From: Clostridiales bacterium
GTDB lineage: Bacteria; Bacillota; Clostridia; Christensenellales; UBA1242
NCBI GenBank assembly: GCA_015055905.1
Contig: SVHI01000001.1
Span: forward strand, 5,364-69,363
Length of the DNA: 64,000 bases
Reading direction: 5' to 3'
Part shown: positions 10,091 through 17,380 of the stretch, in pieces
How positions within the stretch are numbered: the stretch's first letter is position 1
Layout: each line of letters starts with the position of its first letter
Notes under the pieces: model-generated
What the model was told of the DNA's origin: nothing
The model's input: the letters and a program-made list of their open reading frames with translations, nothing else
Databases searched by the model: none
Position numbers and translations under genes: made by a program

Positions 10091-10849
10091 ATGATTACTA
10101 TAAAAAAAGAAAAAGAAATCGAACTTATGAGAGTCGCTGGCAGCATTACTGCTGGTGCTCTCGATGAGATTTCTAAACATATAAAACCAGGAATTTCAAC
10201 GTTAGAACTTGACAAAATTGCTAATAAGTTTATAATAGATAAAGGGGCAAAACCCGCATTTTTGCGTTACAGCGGTTTTCCAAATTCTATTTGTGCATCA
10301 ATCGATGATGTCGTTGTTCACGGTATTCCAAAGCAAGACATTGTGCTAGAAGAAGGTCAAATTATTGGCATTGATGTTGGCGCAAAGTTTGGGGGATATT
10401 GCGGAGACGCGGCAAGGACTTTTGCTGTAGGAAAGATTAGCGAAGACAAACAAAAACTTATGGACGTGACGAAAGAGTGTTTCTTTAGAGCAATCAAAAA
10501 TCTAAAGGCAGGCTCAAGACTTGGGGACATTGGTTATGAAGTTGAGCGATATGCTGAAAAGTTCGGGTTTAAACCAGTTCGAAGTATGGGTGGCCACGGC
10601 ATAGGCAAAAATATGCACGAAGACCCATTTGTTCCAATGTATGGCAGAGCTGGAACAGGAATGAAACTTGAAGCTGGAATGACACTGGCTATTGAACCAA
10701 TGATAAATATGGGAACATATGAAATTGATATCGATGGTTGGGACGTTAGAACGGCAGATGGTCTGCCAAGTGCTCACTATGAGAATACAGTTTTAATTAA
10801 AGAAGATGGAGTAGAAATACTCACAAAAACTGCAGATTTGGAGGCATAG
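10091..10849 (+). CDS. map: Methionine aminopeptidase type I
   Basis: Start moved to ATG 10091 (MITIKKEKEIELMR...), 1 nt after the adk stop. The upstream part of ORF 10058 overlaps adk. Metal-ligand motifs present: DVGAKFGGYCGD, HGIG, EPM. Confidence 0.95.
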   Translation: MITIKKEKEIELMRVAGSITAGALDEISKHIKPGISTLELDKIANKFIIDKGAKPAFLRYSGFPNSICASIDDVVVHGIPKQDIVLEEGQIIGIDVGAKFGGYCGDAARTFAVGKISEDKQKLMDVTKECFFRAIKNLKAGSRLGDIGYEVERYAEKFGFKPVRSMGGHGIGKNMHEDPFVPMYGRAGTGMKLEAGMTLAIEPMINMGTYEIDIDGWDVRTADGLPSAHYENTVLIKEDGVEILTKTADLEA

Positions 10850-10853
10850 AATC

Positions 10854-11072
10854 TTGAGTAAAGATGACGTTATTGAAACAGAAGGAGTTGTTGTAGAGGC
10901 GATGCCTGGAGCAACATTTAAAGTTCAAATTGCTGGCGGACACATTGTCACAGCTTATTTGTCAGGAAAACTCTGGAAAAATTTTATTCGTGTTTACGAG
11001 GGCGACACAGTAAAATTAGAAATCAGCCCTTACGATTTAACTCGTGGCAGAATAATCTGGCGTAGTAAATAA
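10854..11072 (+). CDS. infA: Translation initiation factor IF-1
   Basis: 72 aa with TTG start; S1-like IF-1 sequence EGVVVEAMPGATFKVQIAGGHIVTAYLSGKL... Confidence 0.95.
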   Translation: MSKDDVIETEGVVVEAMPGATFKVQIAGGHIVTAYLSGKLWKNFIRVYEGDTVKLEISPYDLTRGRIIWRSK

Positions 11073-11090
11073 ATTCGAGGAGAAAAAACA

Positions 11091-11207
11091 ATGAAAGTTA
11101 GACCTAGTGTAAAACCTATGTGTGATGGTTGTAAAGTTATTAAGAGAAACGGTAAAGTTAGAGTCATTTGTAGTAAAAATCCTAAACATAAACAAGTTCA
11201 GGGTTAG
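11091..11207 (+). CDS. rpmJ: 50S ribosomal protein L36 (Zn form)
   Basis: Not in the ORF track (too short). Hand-translated [38 protein letters not shown], with GAGGAG RBS at 11077-11082. Confidence 0.95.
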   Translation: MKVRPSVKPMCDGCKVIKRNGKVRVICSKNPKHKQVQG

Positions 11208-11387
11208 TTTTCTCTTTGGTTTTGTTTATGGAAGATGACATTTGGGAAAAAACAAGACATTCCACTTGTCTAAATATCATCTTTCATATACAAAACTGTT
11301 TATCATATTTCAAAGAGCGGCAAAGAAATTATTCTTTCTTTGAGATATAAAAAATTTAGTATTAAAAAAATATCTGTGGAGGATAAA

Positions 11388-11774
11388 ATGGCACGTATTG
11401 CTGGTGTAGATTTACCAAATGAAAAAAGAGTAGAAATTGGTCTCACATACATTTATGGTATTGGCAGACACACTTCTAATGTTATGTTAGAGGCTACTGG
11501 AATTAATCCAGATACAAGAGTTAAAGATTTGACAGAAGAACAAATCGGTAAAATCCGTGAATATATGGATAAGAACTTAACAACTGAAGGTGAACTTCGT
11601 AGAGTTGTTAATATGAACATCAAAACTCTTGAAGAAATTAAATGTTACAGAGGACTTAGACATAAAGCTAAGTTGCCTGTTCGTGGACAAAAAACAAAAT
11701 CAAATGCTAGAACAAGAAAAGGTCCAAAGAAAATTGCAACAAAGGCAAAGAAACAAATGCCTGGTAAAAAATAG
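11388..11774 (+). CDS. rpsM: 30S ribosomal protein S13
   Basis: Start set at [10 protein letters not shown] (ATG 11388) behind GGAGGA. The upstream part of ORF 11340 is untranslated leader. Confidence 0.96.
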   Translation: MARIAGVDLPNEKRVEIGLTYIYGIGRHTSNVMLEATGINPDTRVKDLTEEQIGKIREYMDKNLTTEGELRRVVNMNIKTLEEIKCYRGLRHKAKLPVRGQKTKSNARTRKGPKKIATKAKKQMPGKK

Positions 11775-11797
11775 TATTTTAAAGGAAGGGAAAATAA

Positions 11798-12199
11798 ATG
11801 GCAGAAAATAAAGGTAAGAAAACTGCAACTAAAAAGCGTAGAATCACAACCAATGTTGATAAAGGTAGAGTTTATATTCAATCTTCTTTTAACAACACTA
11901 TTGTGACAATCACTGACAGTGAAGGTAACGCACTTGCTGCTTGTTCAGCTGGTGCACTTGGTTATAAAGGTAGCAAAAAGAGCACACCATTCGCAGCTGG
12001 TCAAGCTGCTGAAAAAGCTGCAAAAATTGCAAAAGAATATGGTCTTAAATCAGTCGAAGTTTATGTTAAAGGACCTGGTAATGGTAGAGAATCTGCTGTA
12101 AGAAGTCTTGCAGCTGCAGATTTGGAAGTAACTATGATTAGAGATGTATCTCCAATCCCACACAACGGTTGTCGTCCACCAAAACCAAGAAGAATTTAA
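11798..12199 (+). CDS. rpsK: 30S ribosomal protein S11
   Basis: 133 aa; [21 protein letters not shown]...[12 protein letters not shown]. Confidence 0.98.
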   Translation: MAENKGKKTATKKRRITTNVDKGRVYIQSSFNNTIVTITDSEGNALAACSAGALGYKGSKKSTPFAAGQAAEKAAKIAKEYGLKSVEVYVKGPGNGRESAVRSLAAADLEVTMIRDVSPIPHNGCRPPKPRRI

Positions 12200-12214
12200 T
12201 CTTAGGAGAAAGAA

Positions 12215-12835
12215 ATGGCAAAATATATTAATGCAGATTGCAGACTTTGTAGAAGAGAAGGAACAAAGTTATTCCTTAAAGGTGAAAGATGCACCTCTAA
12301 AAAGTGTGCTTTAGATAAGAGACCAGGCGTTCCTGGTATGCACCCAACAACAAGAAAGAAACCATCTCAATATGCTTTGCAACTTCGTGAAAAACAAAAA
12401 GTAAAGAGAGCATATGGTCTTCTTGAAAAACAATTCCACGGCTACTATGAAGAAGCTGAAAGAATGAAAGGTAAGACTGGTGAAACAATGCTCAGCCTTC
12501 TTGAAAGAAGACTTGACAACGTTTGCTACAGATTGGGTTTAGGTTCTAGCCGTGCTCAAGCTAGACAAATTGTTAACCATACACACATCTTGGTTAACGG
12601 AAAGAAAGTTAACATTCCATCATATCAAGTTAAAGTTGGTGATGTTATTTCTGTTAAAGAAACTAGTGCAAAAAGTGAACTCTTTGCAGCTGTTAGAGAA
12701 GCAAGAGTTATCGTTCCAAAGTGGCTTGAGTTTGACCCAGCTACACTTACTGGAAAAATCGTTGCTCTTCCAGCACGTGAAGACATCGACCTTACAATCG
12801 CTGAGCACCTTATTATCGAGCTTTACTCTAAATAA
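12215..12835 (+). CDS. rpsD: 30S ribosomal protein S4
   Basis: 206 aa with the N-terminal Cys cluster CRLCRREG...CTSKKC and an S4 domain; located inside the alpha operon. Confidence 0.97.
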   Translation: MAKYINADCRLCRREGTKLFLKGERCTSKKCALDKRPGVPGMHPTTRKKPSQYALQLREKQKVKRAYGLLEKQFHGYYEEAERMKGKTGETMLSLLERRLDNVCYRLGLGSSRAQARQIVNHTHILVNGKKVNIPSYQVKVGDVISVKETSAKSELFAAVREARVIVPKWLEFDPATLTGKIVALPAREDIDLTIAEHLIIELYSK

Positions 12836-12855
12836 TAATTAATTGGAGGAATTTT

Positions 12856-13809
12856 ATGTTAGAAATCGAAAAACCAAGAATTGAATGTGTAGAAGAAAAA
12901 GGCGGTTCTTATGCAAAGTTTGTTATGGAACCACTTGAAAAAGGATTTGGCGTAACCATTGGTAACGCACTCCGTAGAATTTTACTTTCAAGCCTTCCTG
13001 GTTCAGCTGTTACTAATATTAGAATAGCTGGTGTTGATCACGAATTTATGGCACTCAAAGGTGCTAAAGAAGATGTAACTGAAGTTGTTTTGAATATGAA
13101 AGGACTTGCAGTTAAAATTGATTCTGATGACAAAAACTTTAAAAAGACATTAAAACTCAAAGCGCACGGTCCTTGCGTTGTTACAGCTGCTGATATCGCT
13201 GATGACGACGAAGTTCATATTATGAACAAAAATATGTATATCTGTTCACTTGAAGAAGATGGCGAACTTGATATGGAAATTATGGTTGCGCAAGGTAGAG
13301 GTTACGTTCCTGCAGATAGGAACAAAGATATGAGTCTTCCAATTGGTTATATTGCTATTGATAGCATTTATACACCTGTAAAGAGAGCAAGTTATGTTGT
13401 TGAAAACACTCGTGTTGGTCAAAACACTGACTTCGATAAACTCACTCTTGAAGTAACAACAAATGGCACAGTTTCTGCTAAAGAAGTTGTTAGTTTATCT
13501 GCTAAACTTATGAACGAATACAACTGTTTGTTCATTGAGCTCGTTGAAAATATGGCTAATTCTTCAATTTTGGTTAGCCGTGAAGAAGACAAGGTGCATA
13601 AATTGCTCGTTATGAGCGTTGAAGATATGGATTTATCTGTTCGTTCTTACAACTGCTTAAAACGCGCTGGCATCAATACAGTTGAAGATTTAATCAAGAA
13701 AACTGAAGATGATATGCTTAAGGTTAAAAATCTTGGCAGAAAATCACTTGATGAAGTTATTCACAAATTAGAGAGTCTTGGACTTGGTCTTAAGACAAAT
13801 GAAGATTAA
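12856..13809 (+). CDS. rpoA: DNA-directed RNA polymerase alpha subunit
   Basis: 317 aa; GNALRRILLSSLPG and C-terminal domain LSVRSYNCLKRAGINTVEDL. Confidence 0.98.
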   Translation: MLEIEKPRIECVEEKGGSYAKFVMEPLEKGFGVTIGNALRRILLSSLPGSAVTNIRIAGVDHEFMALKGAKEDVTEVVLNMKGLAVKIDSDDKNFKKTLKLKAHGPCVVTAADIADDDEVHIMNKNMYICSLEEDGELDMEIMVAQGRGYVPADRNKDMSLPIGYIAIDSIYTPVKRASYVVENTRVGQNTDFDKLTLEVTTNGTVSAKEVVSLSAKLMNEYNCLFIELVENMANSSILVSREEDKVHKLLVMSVEDMDLSVRSYNCLKRAGINTVEDLIKKTEDDMLKVKNLGRKSLDEVIHKLESLGLGLKTNED

Positions 13810-13820
13810 GGAGAAAGGGT

Positions 13821-14330
13821 ATGAATACAAAATTAGGAAAGCCAACAGACCAAAAGCTTGCATTAGTTGCTAACCTTGCAACAGACCTTTTGTGGTATGG
13901 CAAAATTGAAACTACTTTTGAAAGAGCTAAGTCTGCCGCTAGACTTGCTGAAAAAATTATTACTCTTGCTGTAGATACATATGAAGACGTTGTTACTGTT
14001 GAAAAAACAACACTTGATAACAACGGCAAAGAAAAAACAGTTTCTGTTTCTAAAGATGGCGTTAAAAAGCTCAATGCTAGAAGAGCTATCATTGCTGAAT
14101 TATATGACAGACAAGAGCAAAGAAAGAAAGGCGAAAAACTTGTTGATTTCGAAGCTAGAACACAAGGTATTGAAATGCCTCTTATTGAAAAAATCTTTGA
14201 TGACATCGCTCCAAAATATGCTGAAAGAATCAAAGAAAAAGGTCAAAGAGGTGGCTATACAAGAGTTTTGAAAACTACAATTCGTCGTGGTGACAATGCT
14301 CAAATGGCTATTGCTGAATTGGTTAAATAA
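13821..14330 (+). CDS. rplQ: 50S ribosomal protein L17 (long form with internal insertion)
   Basis: 169 aa; L17 ends (LGKPTDQKLALVANLATDLL...GGYTRVLKTTIRRGDNAQMAIAEL) flank an inserted ~50 aa K/E-rich segment. Confidence 0.94.
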   Translation: MNTKLGKPTDQKLALVANLATDLLWYGKIETTFERAKSAARLAEKIITLAVDTYEDVVTVEKTTLDNNGKEKTVSVSKDGVKKLNARRAIIAELYDRQEQRKKGEKLVDFEARTQGIEMPLIEKIFDDIAPKYAERIKEKGQRGGYTRVLKTTIRRGDNAQMAIAELVK

Positions 14331-14343
14331 TTAAAAAATTATT

Positions 14344-14377
14344 AAAGCACTGACAATTTGTCAGTGCTTTTTATTTT
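14344..14377. terminator. Rho-independent terminator, end of the r-protein operon (shared with convergent small gene)
   Basis: AAAGCACTGACA-att-TGTCAGTGCTTT followed by TTATTTT. Confidence 0.85.
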
Positions 14378-14559
14378 CTTAAAATTATTTTTGCAAAGTT
14401 CATCATTTCTTTTTTTCTTAATTTTTCATCAATTTTTAAATATTTTTCAAATATTTTATATTGTTTTTCGTCAAGTGTGCTCACAAGGTCTGCTAGCAGC
14501 TGGGTTCGTTTAGTTTTTAAATCATCATAATTTGATTTTGTTTTATCTAAACTATCCAT
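14371..14559 (-). CDS. Small helical hypothetical protein (62 aa)
   Basis: ORF with AAGGAGA RBS 7 nt before the ATG; K/E/L-rich and predicted all-helical; no family recognised. Confidence 0.6.
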   Translation of the reverse strand: MDSLDKTKSNYDDLKTKRTQLLADLVSTLDEKQYKIFEKYLKIDEKLRKKEMMNFAKIILRK

Positions 14560-14577
14560 ATTATGTCTCCTTGAATA

Positions 14578-14632
14578 AATTATAATTCTTACTATAGTGA
14601 GATGTTAATTATAATTCTTACTTTTGTGAGAT
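14578..14632. promoter_or_regulatory. Tandem 26-bp direct repeat (operator-like) in a divergent promoter region
   Basis: AATTATAATTCTTACTATAGTGAGAT (14578-14603) and AATTATAATTCTTACTTTTGTGAGAT (14607-14632) match at 24/26. Each carries the palindrome ATTATAAT, which reads as TATAAT on both strands. Confidence 0.7.
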
Positions 14633-14641
14633 ACTAAATAT

Positions 14642-14848
14642 ATGGAAAACAAGTTTAAAGATGTTTTGAAAGAAATTAGATTAGAAAAGAACGTGAGTCA
14701 AGTAAAACTTGCAGAGGCGATTGGTGTTAGCAAGGGCATTATTAGTATGTGGGAAACTGGTCAGCGAGAACCAACCCTTTCTTCTCTTGTTTCTTTGGCT
14801 GACTATTTTGGCGTGTCTCTTGACTATTTAGTTGGAAGGGAGCAATAA
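14642..14848 (+). CDS. XRE-family helix-turn-helix transcriptional regulator (68 aa)
   Basis: LKEIRLEKNVSQVKLAEAIGVSKGIISMWETGQREPTLSSLVSLADYFGVSLDYL is a canonical Cro/C1-type HTH. Confidence 0.9.
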   Translation: MENKFKDVLKEIRLEKNVSQVKLAEAIGVSKGIISMWETGQREPTLSSLVSLADYFGVSLDYLVGREQ

Positions 14849-14903
14849 TTTGTTTTGTTTTATGGTTATTTTTAGTATAATAATTTTATAAAGGAGAAAA
14901 ATT

Positions 14904-15278
14904 ATGAGTTTAACTATTAAAAGATGTTTAAAATGCGGTGCAACTGTAGAAGTTTTGCACGATTGCACTTGTGAAAATTGTGGTGTTAAATGCTGCGGGG
15001 AAGAAATGAGAGTTCAACTTCCAAACACTGTTGATGCGTCTGTTGAAAAACACCTTCCAGTTGTTGAAGTGAATGGGAATGAAGTTGTTGTTTATGTTCC
15101 ACACGTTATGGAAGATGTGCATTATATTGAATGGATTGCACTTGAAACAGAAAATTCACTTTGTAAAAAATTCTTGAAACCTGGTGAAGAGGCTAGGGTT
15201 ACATTCCCATACAAGCCAGGCAGTGTGGCTTATGGATATTGCAACTTGCACGGTCTTTGGAGCACTGAAATTAAGTAA
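14904..15278 (+). CDS. dfx: Desulfoferrodoxin (2Fe superoxide reductase)
   Basis: 124 aa. N-terminal desulforedoxin-like CLKCG...VEVLH...CCGEEM; C-terminal SOR domain EKHLPVV...HVMEDVHYIEWI...YCNLHGLW. Confidence 0.92.
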   Translation: MSLTIKRCLKCGATVEVLHDCTCENCGVKCCGEEMRVQLPNTVDASVEKHLPVVEVNGNEVVVYVPHVMEDVHYIEWIALETENSLCKKFLKPGEEARVTFPYKPGSVAYGYCNLHGLWSTEIK

Positions 15279-15280
15279 AT

Positions 15281-15316
15281 AAAAAAATCATAGGAAATTT
15301 CCTATGATTTTTATTT
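15281..15316. terminator. Bidirectional rho-independent terminator (dfx / mgtE)
   Basis: Palindrome ATCATAGGAAATTTCCTATGAT flanked by an A-run and a T-run. Confidence 0.85.
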
Positions 15317-15326
15317 TGTTCAAAAT

Positions 15327-17021
15327 TTATCCCAAAAGCATAATTGATGTTTGGCAGAATATGATAAGTGATAAAATATCGACAACAGTTGTAATGAATG
15401 GGCTTGCGACTACGGTTGGGTCAAGGTGGCATTTTTTAGCAAGAAGTGGAAGACAAGCGCCAATAACTTTTGCTGCACAAACTGTTACAAAGAGTGAGAT
15501 TGAAACAGCAAGTGAAATTTTTATGGTGTATTCATAACCAAAGAGAAGGTTATCGATAAGTTGAAGTTTTGCAAAACATACAATAGCAAGAGCAAGTGCT
15601 GTGATAACTGCAACGCGGATTTCTTTCCAAATAACTTTCAGTATATCTTTAAACTCGACTTCTTCAGTGGCAAGTTCCTGAATGATTGTAACTGATGCTT
15701 GGCTACCAGAGTTACCGCCTGTTCCCATAAGCATAGGGATACAAGCGAAAAGAAGTGGGCTCAATGTGTTGAGTGTGCCTTCATAGGTGTTAATGATAAT
15801 ACCAGTGAATGTTGCTGATAAAAGTAAAAGCACAAGCCAAGGGATTCTGTTTCTAAAGATTGCAAACACATTTGTTTGAAGATATGGTTTTGATGTTGGT
15901 GCGATACCTGCCATCTTGCTGATATCTTCTGCAGCCTCTTCTTGAATGACGTCGATAGCGTCGTCAACGGTAACAATACCAATGATTCTGTTTTCGCTGT
16001 CAACGATAGGAACTGCCAAAAGGTCGTATTTTGACAAAAGATTTGCAACTTCTTCTTTGTCGGTTGATGTGTGAGCAAAGATAATGTTTTCTTGCATAAA
16101 ACTGCTAATTTTTTCATAAGGGTTGTGAGTGATAATATCTTTTGCTGAAACAATACCAAGAAGTTTCTTTTTGTCATCAGTAACATAACAAGTGTAGATT
16201 GTTTCTTTGTCGAATGCTTGTCTACGAATTTTTTTGAGTGCGTCGTCAACTGTCATATTTGCACGAAGTGTGATGCACTCGGTTGTCATAATTGAACCAG
16301 CACTGTCTTTTGGGAAACCCAAAAGTCTGTTGATGTCGGCTCTATTTTCAGCGCTTGCAACTTTCAAAATTTTTCTTGCAACGTTTGAAGGCATTTCTTC
16401 AATAATGTCTGCAGTATCGTCGTTGTAAAGGTCATTGATAATCTTTGAAAGTTCACTTTCAGTGAATGTTTTAATAATGATTTGTTGAGCGTCATTATCC
16501 ATTTCAACGAAAACGTCACTGGCAAGGTCTTTTGGCAAAAGTCTAAAGATTACAACAACTTTTTCTTTGCCAACATCGTTTAAAATTTCAGCGATATCAA
16601 CAGGTTCCATTTCTGAAAGAATAGGCTTGAGACTTGAAAATTTCTTATTTTCGATGTTATCGATGATTTCCAAGATTTTTTCGTGTCGTGCGTCAGCGTC
16701 TGATTTAATTAAGATTTCATTAAAAATGGTTTTGTTAACCTTATCTTCAATTTCATCAACTTCCAAAAGAGTTTCAGAAAATGATGCAAAATCAATATCA
16801 GTGATATTTTCAACCAAGAATGCTTGCAAGTCAGCTGGAAGCATTGTGAAAACGTGAGAGGCGATATCGTGGGGGAGTTTTGTGAACACTGGCACGATTT
16901 GTTTTTTGTCGATGTCTTTAATCGCATTTGCAAGTTCTTCAATTTCGAGTTTTGAAACATATTCTTCAAATTCTTCGAATTGCTCAATGCTGATAAGTTC
17001 GATTAATCTTTCTTTTATCAT
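15327..17021 (-). CDS. mgtE: Magnesium transporter MgtE with partially duplicated N-domain
   Basis: 564 aa. MgtE_N, a CBS pair and a TM domain with PMLMGTGGNSGSQ, plus ~110 extra N-terminal residues that repeat the first half of MgtE_N. Confidence 0.93.
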   Translation of the reverse strand: MIKERLIELISIEQFEEFEEYVSKLEIEELANAIKDIDKKQIVPVFTKLPHDIASHVFTMLPADLQAFLVENITDIDFASFSETLLEVDEIEDKVNKTIFNEILIKSDADARHEKILEIIDNIENKKFSSLKPILSEMEPVDIAEILNDVGKEKVVVIFRLLPKDLASDVFVEMDNDAQQIIIKTFTESELSKIINDLYNDDTADIIEEMPSNVARKILKVASAENRADINRLLGFPKDSAGSIMTTECITLRANMTVDDALKKIRRQAFDKETIYTCYVTDDKKKLLGIVSAKDIITHNPYEKISSFMQENIIFAHTSTDKEEVANLLSKYDLLAVPIVDSENRIIGIVTVDDAIDVIQEEAAEDISKMAGIAPTSKPYLQTNVFAIFRNRIPWLVLLLLSATFTGIIINTYEGTLNTLSPLLFACIPMLMGTGGNSGSQASVTIIQELATEEVEFKDILKVIWKEIRVAVITALALAIVCFAKLQLIDNLLFGYEYTIKISLAVSISLFVTVCAAKVIGACLPLLAKKCHLDPTVVASPFITTVVDILSLIIFCQTSIMLLG

Positions 17022-17037
17022 TTTGAATTCCTCCCAT

Positions 17038-17240
17038 TAAAAAAAGTTCCACGCTCAAACGAGCGGGAACTTAAAATCCACCTTTTTACTCGTTCAAGCG
17101 TTAGCTTCACAGGGCGGTGAAATTGCGTTAAATTTTCCCTTGTTTTGTTTCGAGAAAACTTGTTCAAACCATATTAAAAAAGTCTCCTTTTTTAATCGGC
17201 AGCAACCCATATCCCTGTGGTAGCCTTACCTACCGAAATA
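17038..17240 (-). promoter_or_regulatory. M-box (ykoK-type) Mg2+ riboswitch with expression-platform terminator
   Basis: Minus-strand RNA contains GGUAGGUAAGGCUACC...GGGUUGCUGCCGA...CCUGUGAAGCUAACGC, matching remembered conserved M-box blocks. It is followed by GUUCCCGCUCG-uuug-AGCGUGGAAC plus a U-run just before the mgtE RBS. Confidence 0.85.
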
Positions 17241-17252
17241 AATAACAAGATT

Positions 17253-17281
17253 ATTATATAAATAAAACTATTACTTGTCAA
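17253..17281 (-). promoter_or_regulatory. Sigma-A type promoter for the M-box/mgtE transcript
   Basis: Minus strand reads TTGACA - 17 nt - TATAAT. Confidence 0.75.
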
Positions 17282-17328
17282 TAATTTGCGAAAAAAATTT
17301 TCCAAATCAATATATAATATTCGATTTT

Positions 17329-17359
17329 ATTTGGAATTTTCCAAATGTTTAATTATAAT
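17329..17359 (+). promoter_or_regulatory. rnr promoter overlapped by an 18-bp perfect palindrome
   Basis: TTGGAA (17331-17336) - 17 nt - TATAAT (17354-17359). The palindrome ATTTGGAA-TT-TTCCAAAT spans 17329-17346, and an extra TTCCAAAT half-site lies at 17300-17307. Confidence 0.6.
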
Positions 17360-17380
17360 GAAATTGAAAAGTGAGGTATT

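Noticed and set aside
11228-11350. 40-codon ORF ([20 protein letters not shown]...) inside the rpmJ-rpsM spacer
   Set aside because: No Shine-Dalgarno upstream and an implausible composition. It overlaps the hairpins better interpreted as RNA structure.
15304-17021. Plus-strand and alternative-frame ORFs within mgtE (15304-15537, 15761-16249, 16207-16428, 16567-16857, 16709-16987)
   Set aside because: They are nested in a well-supported 564-aa MgtE gene and have no independent signals.
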